Shown: positions 47,601-61,323 of the stretch, in pieces
How the letters are laid out: each line of letters opens with the position of its first letter
Numbering within the stretch: the stretch's first letter is position 1
Source: Convolutriloba macropyga
Lineage: Eukaryota
Direction of reading: 5' to 3'
NCBI RefSeq assembly: GCF_964194025.1
Contig: NC_134480.1
Coordinates: forward strand, 186,001-250,000
DNA length: 64,000 nt
Translations under genes and position numbers: made by a program
Notes under the pieces: model-generated
Told to the model about the DNA's origin: nothing
Databases searched by the model: none
What the model saw: the letters and a program-made list of their open reading frames with translations, nothing else

Positions 47601-50600
47601 GAACACTTCGATTTACTATCTGCAATTTTTCGACAAGCAATGCTATTCTCCAATTAATATCCACTTAAACTATGAATTAATCCGAAAACTATCAAATTTA
47701 TAAGAATAATTTGAATTACTTTTATACTATATACCAATTTAGCGACTATTTAGAATGCATTGATAACTCAGATATACATATAAAACAGCAAATAAACTTC
47801 AAAAATAGCAAAACATTCATTATCTAGTTTTGACTAAATACATGTTGTTGTAAAAATCATGATTACATTATCAATTATCCAACTCCATCAAACAAGTTGA
47901 AAACTGCATATTTGAAATTCCCAAATAAGGAATAAATTACGATGGAATGAGGCTGGTCTTCCTGTTCACAAACTGACAAATGCAAAGAAGGAATCCGAGG
48001 AGGTAGACACCAGTTGCAATAAACATGTTCACAGCCACAGTCTCGTAAGCATCTTCAAGCCCATCCTTAGTGAAGTTTTGAGGGGGTTCGTCGTAAGATA
48101 CGTCCTCAATGAATGTCACGGCGTGAATCCAGAAGAATACGCCCATCAGAGGCAGCATAACCAGACCCCAGAGGCCAATAAAAGCGCAAAAGAAGCTGGT
48201 TGTTGGAGAACAGAATATTGGTCCTGCCATGCTTCTGAAATGGCCGTAAAACAAGTTACTTTTCATTAATCTGATTCACACCAAGAAGAACCCCAGTGGT
48301 TTTTTTTACTGTCTACAAGCCCATTTGAACAACAACCCAATGCGTCATTTTGCATTGATAAGGTTGGTTCTGCCTAATAAACATAACATGGATATAGAAT
48401 GAGCCGCTAAAATGTGTACAATCAAATCCCCACTTCTCGTAACATACACTTCAGAAGGTATTCAAATGTTTAGTTAAAATATTTCAGTTTAAAACAAGTC
48501 AGTGATGCTTTACTTTCAGAAACGCCAAAAAAAATGAACAAAAATCTTCTAGATAATTTTTTTGCGGATGATGAAATAGGAACCAAATATTTTGACAATT
48601 AAATGGCCAAACTAATATTATTTTTGCTACTCAATGAAGTAACAGAAAACATAACCGACTAAACGTCGGAAGAATTGCTCTCGAACGACTAGTGGGAGCT
48701 CTAATCAATTGCAGCCTGCTTCAGTCGGGGGGGGGGGGGGGGAGGAGGAGGGAGGGGGAGCCTAAATGGGGCTAAGAAGTTCAATAGTGGGCTTCAAATA
48801 ACCACATTAGAGGTTAACATATACCACTATTAAGATTTAAAGTGAAAATGGCAGTAGTTTTGGCGCACTTTTCATTTGACTTTTAGTATTAAATTGCCGC
48901 CAATTGAGTTCAGCTGCTTCAAATTGTGATTGAGAGAGAATTTTAGATCACGCGAAACGCAAAAAGTCAAGGGCGTAAAAGTCACTCAAAAAGAAAAAAT
49001 TGTCAAGCGAAAATTTTGCACAAAAAAGGACACTCACGTTTACAATAATTGCTATGAACTTCATTCAAGAGCAATTAAAAATATTAACTTCCAAGTAAAA
49101 AATAACGAGTTAAATCGCGGTTTACCGTGGAAAACGCATTATCTGTCCTCATCCAGACGCTTGCTGCAACAGAGGCTTGCTGAAATCTGGAATAAAGATT
49201 TCCATTTCTTCGATTCTACTCGATTTCAAGTTTAACGATTTTAGCGCTCAAATAATTGGTAAACCGACCCGGGCGAAATAAGCCATCAAAAGCTGCGGAC
49301 AATTGTTGTCAGTGTCCAAAGATATCTCAAACCACATTTGACAAACTTTATATGGACGGCTACCTGGACTTGTCAGAAAAACTAACACGAGCGTAATGCT
49401 TTCGGAATTAGTTCTCAGGAGCTGTTAGCTCCATAGCCTGTGTAAAATAAAGTAGTCAGGGTCCACAGTGCACTGAAATTGACTCCATAAAGGAAAGACG
49501 ACAGTTTCAGCCACGAAGTGTTTGGCCATACCCAAACTGAACTCCAAGCGGGCCTAGTAACGCGTCAAAAATTAGGTATCCTTAAAGCGTTAACGATACC
49601 CCTTAATACAAAAATTGTATCTAACTGATTGTACAACTGTGCTTCAGTGACTGAGTTCCATTGAGAAACAGCCACCTTGGTTGATAATAGAGCGTGTGAA
49701 AAAAATTGTAAAACAATTAAACAGGTTTCACATCGTACCGGCAGACACTCCTGTCGAAAGTGTCAAGAGAGACATCCCAGCCAATAATCTTTGTGAAAAC
49801 AGCCAGTTGAAAAGTCAAAAATTATGGTATTCTAGATTTTCCAATCCAGTCAAATACTGAGATTACGCAAAGGTCTGATATCTACTCCCTCAGAACACCC
49901 GGTAAAAAGGCAAAAAAAACCAGCGTTGCGAGCAACATTTCCCACGAAAGATATCTGATCAATTACCAAAAAAGGTTTACTGAGAAATATTTCGTGTCAA
50001 AGCTTCCCTCCTCCTATATCTTTAACAGCACGCCTATTACAGCTCATCGCAGTCTCAATTTTCAACCCGCAAAGCTCCGGACCGCTGAAGGGAAACTGCA
50101 GTTTCTTGTCCAATCTGAGTAGATGCCAGTTGAAAATAAATAACTTGACGAAAATCAAATTCAGGGAAAAGGAAAAAAGTCCTGTCGCAACTTTTACTCT
50201 CATCATTGTTTCCAATGGTTAACAGTTCGCTGAGCTCTAGTGCCCGCATTAAACGCTAGTAGAAGCAGCTGTCATCCCGTTTATAGATTGTGTATAATAA
50301 AACTGTTTGGTGAACCAACACCAGGGGGTTGATTTCTAGTGAGCTTGCGTACAATAACAACCTCATATGCAGTGCCTCGCAACCAACGTCTAACCATGGA
50401 AGCCCTACAAACCATCTTCGGTTAAACCGATACAATTTTACAAAAACGGCCACTTCCCCTCGTGATCTCTGACTCAACAGAAATAATTGATGTGATAATT
50501 CTAATATCTTCATGCTTGGAATCCAGTCAATCACTATGCCTTCGAAGTAAGACGACTTCAATATCAGGAGAGAAACCTGCATGCTCAGTTCCACGCAGAC

Positions 50601-53197
50601 GCAATTTGGAAAAGGCGGTTAGATGTTTAATTAGCAACCTTGAATTGTTGCATTAAGTGGTCAACTCCCGCAAAAGCAGCTTAAGTCAGGTAAATTTGTA
50701 TGAATAGCCGATGATCTGTCTCCCCATGGACAACTCCATATTGGTCACATCGAAAATCTTTATTAAGGCAGCGAGGGCACTGCGCGCACGTCAATGGTAA
50801 AAACGACCACTGGTAAATATGTCCGCACCGATATAAAATTATTCCCTGTTTTCGAAATCCCCATTTCGGGGACGGAGGTTTTGCGAACGTAAACAAACGA
50901 GGATACATATTAAACAGTCAGTATTGTATGCGTAAACATTGAAAAATATTGATAGCGAGCCCACATAGCGCAGATGGTAGCGCATTGAATCTTGATGACA
51001 GGGTCGTTGGTTTGAGCACCTGGCTAGAGATTTGGCAAAAAAATTGTTTTAAGAAAACCAAGGAGACTTGTCATTATTGCCACAGAACAATTAACAGAAC
51101 AATAAGAGAACTCCAAAAAATATATGACAATTTCATGAGTTTCGTTGATTTAACATTTGTTAAATTTTGTTCGGTGTTGTCTTCGACACAAAAGACCTAC
51201 CAGAACACGACACGTACACCCTCTTAACCAGTTTTTGCAGTCCGATGTATGCAATTGTTACTCGTATCGCTCCACTCAAGCGCCAAGCGCCCACGCACAC
51301 AAACATATAAGCAAACATAACCGACTATACGTCGGAAGAATTGCTCTCGAACGACTAGTGGGAGCTCTAATCAATTGCAGCCTGCTTCAGTCGGGGGGGG
51401 GGGGGTGGGAGGAGGAGGGAGCCTAAATGGGACTAAGAAGTTCAATAGTGCGCTTCAAATAACCACATTAGAGGTTAACATATACCACTATTAAGATTTA
51501 AAGTGAAAAATGGCACCAGTTTTGGCGCACTTTTCATTTGACTTTTAGTATTAAACTGCCGCCAATTGAGTTCAGCTGCTTGAAATTGTGATTGAGAGAG
51601 AATTTTAGATCACGCGAAACGCAAAAAGTCAAGGGCGTAAAAGACTCAAAAAGTCAAAATTGTCAAGCAAAAATTTTGCATAAAAAAGACACACATTTAC
51701 AATAATTGCTATGAACTTCATTCAAGAGCAATTAAACACCAACACGCACGCACGCACGCAAACAAATGTTTGTGTGCGAGCGCGTGCTTGTGTGCGGGTA
51801 ATTGTGCGAGAGAGAGACGAGATACAATTGCGTACACACAAGGGTAAAAGTGTTGCAATACAATTACTGTGTAGCTCTTATTAGCCTCATCTAATTTTTC
51901 AGCATTTCAAAGAATTTGAATTTTTCTGGGGTGATGTCTTCTAAGATATGGACTCATCCAATCAAATGGTGGCTGAACAAACTTTCACTTTTCGAATATA
52001 CACAGATGCACAATATTGTACTCGTGCAGAAGAACACAAACATACCTTTTCCTGCTAACAAAAACAGACCACGCTGAGCAGTTACTTCATACAATTTTTA
52101 AGTAAGATATCAATTGTTGGGGACGAAATACTCGAAATCAAATTTCCACTTAGTTTTTATGCATTGGAAAATTGAAATTCAACAACCTCTGCTATATAAC
52201 ATACACAAAGACCGAAAACAACTTCAATTGCCATCATTTAACATAGAGCAAAAACTTGGAGCAACAACTATAACATGCAAATCATCAATCTTTTTGTGTT
52301 TTTAATTTTTTAAATCTATTAATCAGAGAATGTTCACAGTCACAATTCATCTCCACCTTATATCCAACTCATATCACCCTTTCGGGTGGTCTGCAGAAAG
52401 CACCATTCCCCAACCAAAAATCAAGATGACTCAGCCATTAGTTGCACGCCTTTATCTCTGAAAACTAGAAATGGAAAGAAAAACGAATATGATTTACTAA
52501 CAAAACTTTTTAATTAGCTCGCATGAAACTAAATTAGCTATCCATAAATACCTTTGTTGTTAATTTCCACAGATAAAAACACTGTCTGCTTTGGTAATTG
52601 GTTAATTATCAGCTAGATAACACTCAATTTGTTGCCAGAAATTAAGGTAATTGGATTATAGATTACGTCACAATTTACCCAAATCCATTATACCCAACCT
52701 GACATTTTACCCAATGCGGTTTGATCTTCGACTTCAAATTAGCTGTCGCTATTACAAGGACGTTTTAACATACTTAACCGGATATATTAATACCAGGTTC
52801 GGATGTGACAGTTTCACATCAATGTCCCACGGGCCATTTTATGCTAAATAGTCATTCTGGTAAGTTTAACAATTGGGTAAAAACGAAGTTAGCGTTTAGT
52901 AAAATGGAATTGGGTAAATTGTACTACTGACCGGATTTTCATATCAAAAATTGTTTTCAATAACCTCTTCATTGGAATAACCCAAAATCACTCTTAATTC
53001 CCTTAAAAATTGATAACCAAAACGTTCCCAATTAGCCTAGCATTCATCGGAGTTAAAGGGAAGTGTTTTAATCAGTTGACAAGATGACTTGATTTAATGT
53101 TCCGAAGGAGAACATCCAAAAGAAAAGAAAAGTTTCATATCCCAGATGACTTGAATTGATAAACTCACTAATAACTGTCTGTTCTCTTATTGATCAA
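44680..53197 (+). repeat. Tandem segmental duplication, copy 2
   Basis: Collinear with 36251-44671; 8-nt TGATTATC at the junction. Confidence 0.95.
47937..48230 (-). CDS. RNASEK: Ribonuclease kappa / V-ATPase subunit f, copy 2
   Basis: Protein identical to copy 1. Confidence 0.9.
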   Translation of the reverse strand: MAGPIFCSPTTSFFCAFIGLWGLVMLPLMGVFFWIHAVTFIEDVSYDEPPQNFTKDGLEDAYETVAVNMFIATGVYLLGFLLCICQFVNRKTSLIPS

Positions 53198-53655
53198 ACA
53201 CACAATGTTAAAACCATTTACCAGAAGCGGTGTTTTAGTTAAAATTTGATAAAATTTAGAAGGGGAGGGGTGATTCATACTTGGCAACGGTGGATTGTAA
53301 TGAAAGATTCGTTAATTATGTTCCAAAACGTGCTGATAATTAAGTGTAACAAAATAACCCACACCAGTAATATAAACGGAGCAAAGTTTTCAACAGAAAT
53401 TTAGTCGTATTTGAGTATATATCAATCTACGTTTCATATATATAAACTTAGTTACAACATATAATTCAACGAATGAAACCATGAACGCAAACATATCATA
53501 GCTAACAAGGTATCATAATATCAAACAACGCTGTTTAACTTCAACATCAAGAAGGGAGAGAATACTAGTATGCACAGTTCAGTTGAAATCATAACATTCA
53601 ATCACTTTCAGGTGAGAGGGGGGGGGCATGGAGGGTGGCCGGTGTCATATCTCGA

Positions 53656-53842
53656 TTACTTCGAACTGGAATACTTGGTGACGGCTTTGGTGCCTTCACT
53701 AACAGCGTGCTTGGCCAGTTCTCCCGGCAGCAGCAGTCGGACAGCCGTTTGAATCTCTCGACTCGAGATGGTTGACTTCTTGTTGTATTGCGTCAGTTTC
53801 GAGGCTTCGGCAGCAATCCGCTCGAAGATGTCATTCACGAAA
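53656..53842 (-). CDS. H2B: Histone H2B, 3' half
   Basis: [60 protein letters not shown]. Confidence 0.95.
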
Positions 53843-54661
53843 CTGTTCATAAAAGAGAATTGGGTATTTGATTGCCATTTCAAATGTGTGCTCCTGCTTT
53901 TTACTATTGCGAAGTAACTTTTTTAAAACGTTTTGACTACTACGACTGCGGGTTAAATCGTCCGCAAAAAATGATATAAAAACCTAATACTGCTTTCTTT
54001 TCGGTTTTTGTTTTTAAATTGTGCGTTTCGGTGAGAACTTTCACTGGCGAAAATTAGTTACTGATTTTGATCTAAATGATACTTTTCCGGACTTTTTTAT
54101 ACCAAGTGATACTTATTGCCTTCTCATGCCAGGATTCTTTTTATACCAGACTTTTTCATGATTGTTTTCAGAATCTATTGCACGCATATCAGAATTCATA
54201 CTTGAAACGGATTTGATCTATCGACGTCTTTCTGTTTGGAGATGAAATGACACTTGAGTAGGTTGCAACCAATGAAACGAATGCACTTCATGTTCCTTCT
54301 ATCTCTGCATAATTTTTACAGTGGTTTAAGGGTACTAACAGCGTCACCGTCATTTCTGTACAATTAATTTAGTGCACTGGCGTCCCGTTGATGACGCTTA
54401 GAAGGGAAGCTATTGTCTTAAATCACCTTATAATTTCTATTCTCAAACCTCGACTTAAGAACACTACTTGTATATGTTTTCTTTAAGTAAACAAGTAAAT
54501 TATTCTGATTGTAACCCTTAAGTTAGATATCCACAGGCTTTCAAATGTTAAATTTAAGATTAGGGGTTTGCTCTTAAGCCGCGAAGGACAATCCAATGGA
54601 CGAGTAGTAATCCAATACTATGAGACATCAATGCATCGTATATAATTTTAAAGACAAGGCA

Positions 54662-56540
54662 CTATACCAGCTGCGTCATGAGAATTGAATTTCTATATAA
54701 ACTAAATTGCGATGAATAATCTAGAATCCCCTCCCGCACTATGGCACTGCATGAACTGTCAATGTCGGTTCGCCGTTTTGAACCACGGCACCCTCTCGCT
54801 GAGGCATATGATAGCGTTGCGCAGTAGAAACTTATTCGTGTGCGTATGTATGTTATTGCGTCCGAGAGTGATCCGTCTTTCTTTTCAGCAATTTTGCTAG
54901 CTAATTCTTTTATAGTGCGCGTTGCGGACGGTCCTGTGCCCCCTATGCAGAAAAACACGAGCGAAACGAAGTAACTCTTTTCGACGTCAAGTATTTGTTG
55001 CTCATATTTGAGGCACTTTAATGACTCATGATATTTGTACGCTTCTACAGTTTTTTGGGTATGACTTGGCGAGTGGGTTAAATATCTTCGCCTCAAAGAA
55101 ATAACGGCTGAACCTGGACACCCCAGGTCATTCGGTTTAATGTCTAGTCGCGCCTTTTCATCAGTGCTAAAAGTTTTGTGTATAAAGGACTTGGCTTGAA
55201 GCAATCGAAGAGTCGGCTCAGCCTCGACATCATAGCAAACGTCATGCAAAAGTGTCTCGGATCTCACTATGTCTCGTGTGTGTACAAAAAACCTTCGCAC
55301 AGTGAAGAGCATGTGATAGGGTGAACTTTTCACCATATGGAGAATTAATGGGCGTTTTCTGGCTTCAACGTTACATCCTATCCAAACCGTCCCTAAATTT
55401 GGACTTCGTTAGCGTGAAACCGAACCGTTCAAGTGGTAAAGCGGTGAGCCAGTTTGCGGCTCCTTTTTCCGAAGCCCTTTCTATTACGCGGAGTTGCTGG
55501 GACTGAAGGCTTTGCAGAAGATTCTTCTTACGCGATCAAATTTTATTCAGGCGTGCCGTTCGTTGAGCGTGCGTGATCCGTTCTTGGGCCAGTTCAGCAT
55601 TTGCTCGCTCCTCATCTTCAAGAGGAGAGCATGCGGTCAGCGGATCGGCGTACTCCGTTTTGTAACTTATTGGTTCCTTGATGTTAAGTCCGCCCTCCCG
55701 GGTTGGAAGCGAATACAATCGCCGTGCGGATTGAGACACCGGTCAGTGGAAGAACGACCGTAGGACGTGCGCTTGAATGTTGACTTCCACGTCCGTTAAG
55801 ATATTCCATGAGTTTGGCGTTGTTCCAGACACGAAATTTAATTCTTCTTGCACGCCTCTTGCGAGACATGAGTAAGCGTTTTGAGGGGATGTTTTTACCA
55901 CTTGCCCTATTTTTCAAAACCAATTGGCATACTTTCCAGCTGTGGTTACCGTAAAGGTCTCATAGGCTTTCTCATTGCGCATTACAGATCCTAGAACGCA
56001 GCAGCCGTCAACAATTTCAACTGCCGTCCACTCAAACAACCTGAAAGCTTTGATCTTTGAAACTTTTACTATTAATTGACACGTTGGAGGCGTTCATGGT
56101 GTAGCCAAAGTAGTTACCATATTCAGTGAGTTGTTTGGAAAACAAGAGTAAGTCCTCCAAACGTCCTAATGCGCTGCCGCCGTCTGCGTACCATTTTTGC
56201 GACACGTGCGTGCTCTGGAAGAGCCTGAGCAAGGGAAGGAGGGCTACTCCGTACATAGCCATAGCAATGGGGTCCCCTTCAGGTGTGCCCTCTAGGGACT
56301 GCACTGTTTTACCTGCAACGTACAAATCTGACGGGACTGAAAATGAGTTCTGAACAAAAAAACTCACGGCGGGGCAAATTCTCCTGATCTTTTGAACTGC
56401 CAAGTTACGGTTGAGGCAGTTGAAGTCGTTTCTTGCGTCTATTAGAACAGCTTCATCTCCAGGTTTTTCATATTGCGAACGCAGAGTGAATGCGTGTTCA
56501 AACCCGCACGGCATTCAATCCCGCATTGCGTATTCAAATG
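54662..56540 (-). mobile_element. Decayed, 5'-truncated CRE-clade (RT + restriction-like endonuclease) non-LTR retrotransposon
   Basis: IDARNDFNCLNR, GTPEGDPIAMAMY, WYADG, SLPTREGGL, EP.L...ARLDI, KYHE..K..KYEQ, LVF...GG.G; several frameshifts. Confidence 0.8.
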
Positions 56541-56545
56541 TCAAA

Positions 56546-57038
56546 CATAGCTGGCAGATTGCCAGAAAATAGCCGCAATAGATTCGTAGATCGGCAGTCT
56601 AAAGAAACAGTAAAAAAGACAGATCAAAAAAAATGTCTTGATTGAAAGCTTATCTGTTATATTTTGATTAAAAATCTGTTTAAGTTATTGCTGCCTCTAT
56701 TAGCTGATCTCAAATAACCTTCATTTAGAGTGACACACACCCATTTGACCTTATCTCTTTGAAATAAAGTAAATAAAAATCAATTTCAAAGTGAGGAAAT
56801 CATTTTTGAGAGTGAGGTAAGTCAAGTCTGACCAAAAATTTAATCACGCGAATGAACAAAAAACTCGCTCCACTAAGAGCGAAAAATGACGTCACGCATG
56901 CAATTCAGTTGAAATTGCATAAACGAATGAACAAAAAGTGGCTGTGACGTCATATGGTCGTAACAAAAATCATGACGACGAAATAAAAAAAACCAAGAGA
57001 AGGCCAATAATAGCCCCAGCTATCGCTGTGCGGCTATT
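56546..57038 (-). mobile_element. Helentron-like family A element, un-nested (empty-site) copy
   Basis: Near-identical to 32370-32817 joined directly to the 34291-34369 terminal module across the A-tract at 56985-56992. Confidence 0.85.
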
Positions 57039-57465
57039 AAACAAATTAATCGCAAATTAATACAGTATCAGTATTGTTATTAATATAATCTTAAAACTGT
57101 GGCCGTTCGTTCCCATAGGTAAAATAGGATTTGAAGGCTCTTATTTGTCTATTAACGGGTACTTTCTTGTGCTGGTCGAGCAAAATCTCATACCAGGAGT
57201 TTTTGCTCTCTTATATCCCTCGTCTTATCTTATCTTGTTATTTGGCACAGCAATCTACTGAGTGGGAATAACGGAAAAGATCCGGTAATTAATCATCGTT
57301 TTGAAGCATTTTCAATTATTTTCGGAAGCTGATAGTTATTTTTTTAGAAACAAAACAACTTTAAGGAATTGATAATAACTAGATTGTGGCAAATTTCAAT
57401 TTCAATTAATTGCTTGTTTCGCTTCGTTGACAAATCTTAAAATGGCAATCAATCATTTCAATTCC

Positions 57466-57650
57466 CTGTTCATAATGGACATTGCTTTGGCTGAAATTCC
57501 GACGTCGGGGTGCACTTGCTTCAGCACCTTGTAAATGTAGAACGAATAAGTTTCCTTTCGCTTCTTCTTACGTTTGCTGTCAGTCGATGGTTTCTTTTGC
57601 GCCTTGCCCGCTTTTTTGATTGCCTTACCAGGAACACTTTTAGGAGCCAT
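57466..57650 (-). CDS. H2B: Histone H2B, 5' half
   Basis: [19 protein letters not shown]...[31 protein letters not shown]. Confidence 0.95.
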
Positions 57651-58449
57651 TTCAAACTGAAAAATATACACTTGTACAAGCAATAAATTTTCATGATAAA
57701 ACAAACGTCAACCAGAAAAAGACCCCTCCGATTTAAAAATGCGTGCCCGGTCAATAATTTTATAAAATATTTCAGATTTTAAAGTACTACTAGCAGGAAT
57801 AAGACAATTGCAGTTAAAAGAACAAATATTTAGAAAATTAGAGAACAATGATGTTAAACAAAATCAAAAGTGATTTAAAACGGCAGCATTTACATGTACA
57901 ATTTGAAAAGTGCAGGCGATTGTTAAATCAAAGCAAAAAATTTTCTCACAATTGAATAGTATCGATGGACTTTTGAAATCTTGGAAAAGTATCGATGGAA
58001 ATCTTCAAGCCAGCCAGTTCGTCAACCGTTGCTCTCTAATCAGATGCTGTTTGTCTGATTTGATATTATGCTTGATTTCAAAAAGGGTCAATTAAAAGAA
58101 AGCCCTCTCCTATAAAGGTTGTCGGTCAACTCGGGGTCCGTGAAAAGTAGTACAAATGTACATATATATGGCCCAAAGCATTCAGTCAAGGACAAGTTCG
58201 ATGAGAATAATTTTCTGGCGGATTTGGAAGAAGAAACTATATTGCTTAGCACTTTAATTATTGAAGCGGGACGTTATCAATGCTAAAGTGTACAATTAAA
58301 AGTAAAAATCACAAAATTACGTTAAATAAAGTTAACCGAATTAAACTAGTCGAAACTCACGCCACAAAAGAAATTCAGAATTATTCAAGCTATCAGGAAT
58401 TTGATCTTTGTAGTGCTCTATGTTGCCAGTTTTGAAATCTTGAGTTGAT

Positions 58450-59260
58450 TTGAAAGTGAATTACATTTTTTTGACGTAGCATGGAAAAGACTGGGCCAAA
58501 AAAGTTAATCTGTGGTCATGGAAAATTATTTTTTGAGTAAGTTCGTCAATAGAGTAGTTTGTTCTTGGTACAATCAGTGTCGTATTGTATCCACTTTTTT
58601 CTCTCCTGATAAATTTTCTGAAATAAAAAGTAGAAAGTTGATCAATTCTCTGTTCAATACCTATCACCTCTTTTTGATTCTTAAGCGGCCTGACGATTTG
58701 CAATTTGGGCGGAAGAACACCTTGTTAAGACCCCAGTTCAGCTGTTTTCCTAGAGAAGTCATTAAAGGTGTTTTAATGTGCTGAATAAATAAAGCAGAAT
58801 ACTTGAGATGTGACAAAACAATTGAATGAAATAAAAGTTGTAAGCTTCACGTAGGGAGTTGAGTTCCAAATGAGTCTATAGTTTTTATCCACTGAGCCAT
58901 CTTCTTTAACGGTTGTTTAACATGCTTCCTGAGACTGAGACTTCCATCAATTGTTAGTTCTATATATTTACATTTATTAGGCTTTTTGATTACTTCGTCA
59001 TCTACTTATATTGTGTCCTGGATTTTGTTTCTTTGATCATTTTATTTGCTGAAACAAACGAACTCTGTTTATGAGGAACTCAAATTTAGTTGATATTTTC
59101 TGAAATAGTTTGCTAAATTATGCAAGATTGTTTCCAGGGATATCTTTGCAATCTTTTCATGCTTAATAGAAGCAAAAACTAAGCAATCATCAGCAAACTA
59201 TATCCTTGTTACATAAGAGTCAATAGCTGTACAAAGACCGTTTACTTACAAATTGATTGA
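58450..59260 (-). mobile_element. Decayed LINE RT 3' fragment
   Basis: FADDCLVF at ~59175-59198 on the minus strand with degenerate RT-like flanks. Confidence 0.4.
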
Positions 59261-60414
59261 GGTATAGTGAACCATAATGTATGACATGCTCATAAATTAC
59301 ATATTAAACGCATAATTGGAAATTTTCACAAACAAATAGGAGAACAAAAAGAGATGGTTACTAATAGTAAACCGGATTTTAACAATATAGAGAAAGCATC
59401 ATAAATAATGATGGGAATCATCATGGAATTTCATCTTGACGGGACACGTCAAGGAATGTTTTTTCTTGACGGGATTCGTCAAGCAGGTAAACCTGTTATC
59501 TGTCAGTTTAACTAACAGGGACCCGTGCGGTAGAAAATAACCATGAAAAAATCCCAAGGAGATTAACGAAAATGGGTAAAAATAACCTAAGATTAATTAA
59601 CCATTGATAGGACTGAAACCAATGAACATATTCAAAACTAATAAATAGTTGGCTTACACAATCGAGCAGCTTCTCTTATTAAATAGTTTTCTTCAGATAA
59701 AAAATGTGTAGGGCAGCCGTGGTGGCCCCCCGACTTCTGTGAATGGTTGTTATTGTTGCTGCCTCCTCTCTTCACAGAGCTTTAGCAAAGTGGGAGAACA
59801 TCAGACGACGATTACAGCCCGGCGTCAAATCAACCCCGGGTCTCAGCTTGAACCCCAGAGCCGACCCCGAAAAAAGAGTGGTCAACTTTCTGATCGCGTG
59901 TCCACAAAGAAGTGAGTGTTATCATCTGGCACGACGTTATAAACAACTCGATTACCAATCATCCCCGTATTTGACGTGCCCCGCTAACCAAGGAGGAACC
60001 CACTTTCGAATTACTGAAGATCCGCAACCTCTCTGGAATTGTTTACGTGCAAAGAAACGGTGCACCTGATATTTACCACTACCTAGCAACTAAATCTGGT
60101 GTCCCTGTCATTCACCTTTCGAGAGATCTGTTGTCAAAAAAGAAACAGAGAGATACTACGATAGCATCTCGATTGCAAGATCTCCATATTTGCCCATCAC
60201 TGGAGTTCAAATTCCTGGCTCTTGTTAGGAGGGTCAAAGACAATCTTCTTGGATTCAAGAGTAAAAAACAAACGACCATCCTCAGCTAAGCGAAGACGCT
60301 TAGCAAGATCTGCTAACTAGGTAGTCTATTCTTTTCTTTCCTGCAATCTTGTGATCGTGTAAATCTTTCTGAACCGGTTAACTCCAGTGTCAGTTAGATT
60401 TCCACGACTTCACG

Positions 60415-61314
60415 ATGACTCGCAACTGCAAGACCTGTAAAGAGAACATCAATCCTTGCGACAAAACTTATCACTGCGTCGCTTGCGATTGCCATATACA
60501 CTTGACACCAGTATGCTCTGGCTTGACACAAGTTGCTGTCAACGGCATCGCCGAACTTGGAATGAACGCTACGCTCCTTTGCAACAAATCCATGGAGAAA
60601 AACGAACGCGAGATCTTCATACGGTGCAGAACGAGTGGTAAACTGGAAGAAAAACTTGAGCAGTTCAATTTCGAGGCGACAATGGAACAGCTAAAGACGA
60701 GTTTGACCAAGTTAATAGAAACTAAAGTTTGAGAAGCTATGAAAACCACGTCCGCGAACGTTGAGGACACCTATGCAAAAGTAGTTGCTCGGAGCATTAC
60801 CGAAAAGAATGAGACAAGCAATTCGAAAAACGACGACAAATATGACGATCACAACATCAAGAAGAGTTTTCGAATCCAAGGCATCCCCGAAGATGTCGAA
60901 AAATCACGTGGTGAGAACCTTGTCCCCACAAGTGAAAAAGTTAACGATGTTCTGAAGACTATTGTCGTCCAACCTCAGATAGTAGGAATGAAGAGACTCG
61001 GAAAATTTAGCAAGGAACGTGCGAAACCAAGAAAACTTCTGGTCACCAAATCAACAGAACACGAAGCCAGATTGATCCTAGCCAAAAGCTTTGAAAATCG
61101 AGACAAACTCGTGAACGAAAATGTCTATCTCACGTATGCATTAACTAAATAAGAAGCGCTGAAAGAAAGTCTCTGCCTCAAAAACAGGAGAGAGCTATTG
61201 AATGAGGGCGTGCCTCGAGAGAAACTGAAGATAAGAAACTTTGAGTTATTTAACAGAAACGTCAGGGTGGATCTTAAGTCGAACGACTTCGTAGGTACTG
61301 ACACAAGCTCATGA
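60415..61314 (+). pseudogene. CR1/L2-type LINE ORF1 (PHD finger, coiled coil, RRM-like), two internal stops
   Basis: CKTC...CVACDCHIH...C PHD pattern; FRIQGIPE, KRLGK, PRKLLV motifs; all in one frame. Confidence 0.85.
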
Positions 61315-61323
61315 CTATACCAC

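Larger units (their letters stand above)
53853..57465. mobile_element. 3.6-kb insertion with 9-10-bp TSD and imperfect TIRs (Mutator-like, non-autonomous) interrupting H2B
   Basis: CTGTTCATAA at 53843-53852 and 57466-57475; ends GAGAATTG..TTGATTGCCATTT / AAATGGCAATCAA..CAATTCC(C). Confidence 0.75.
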
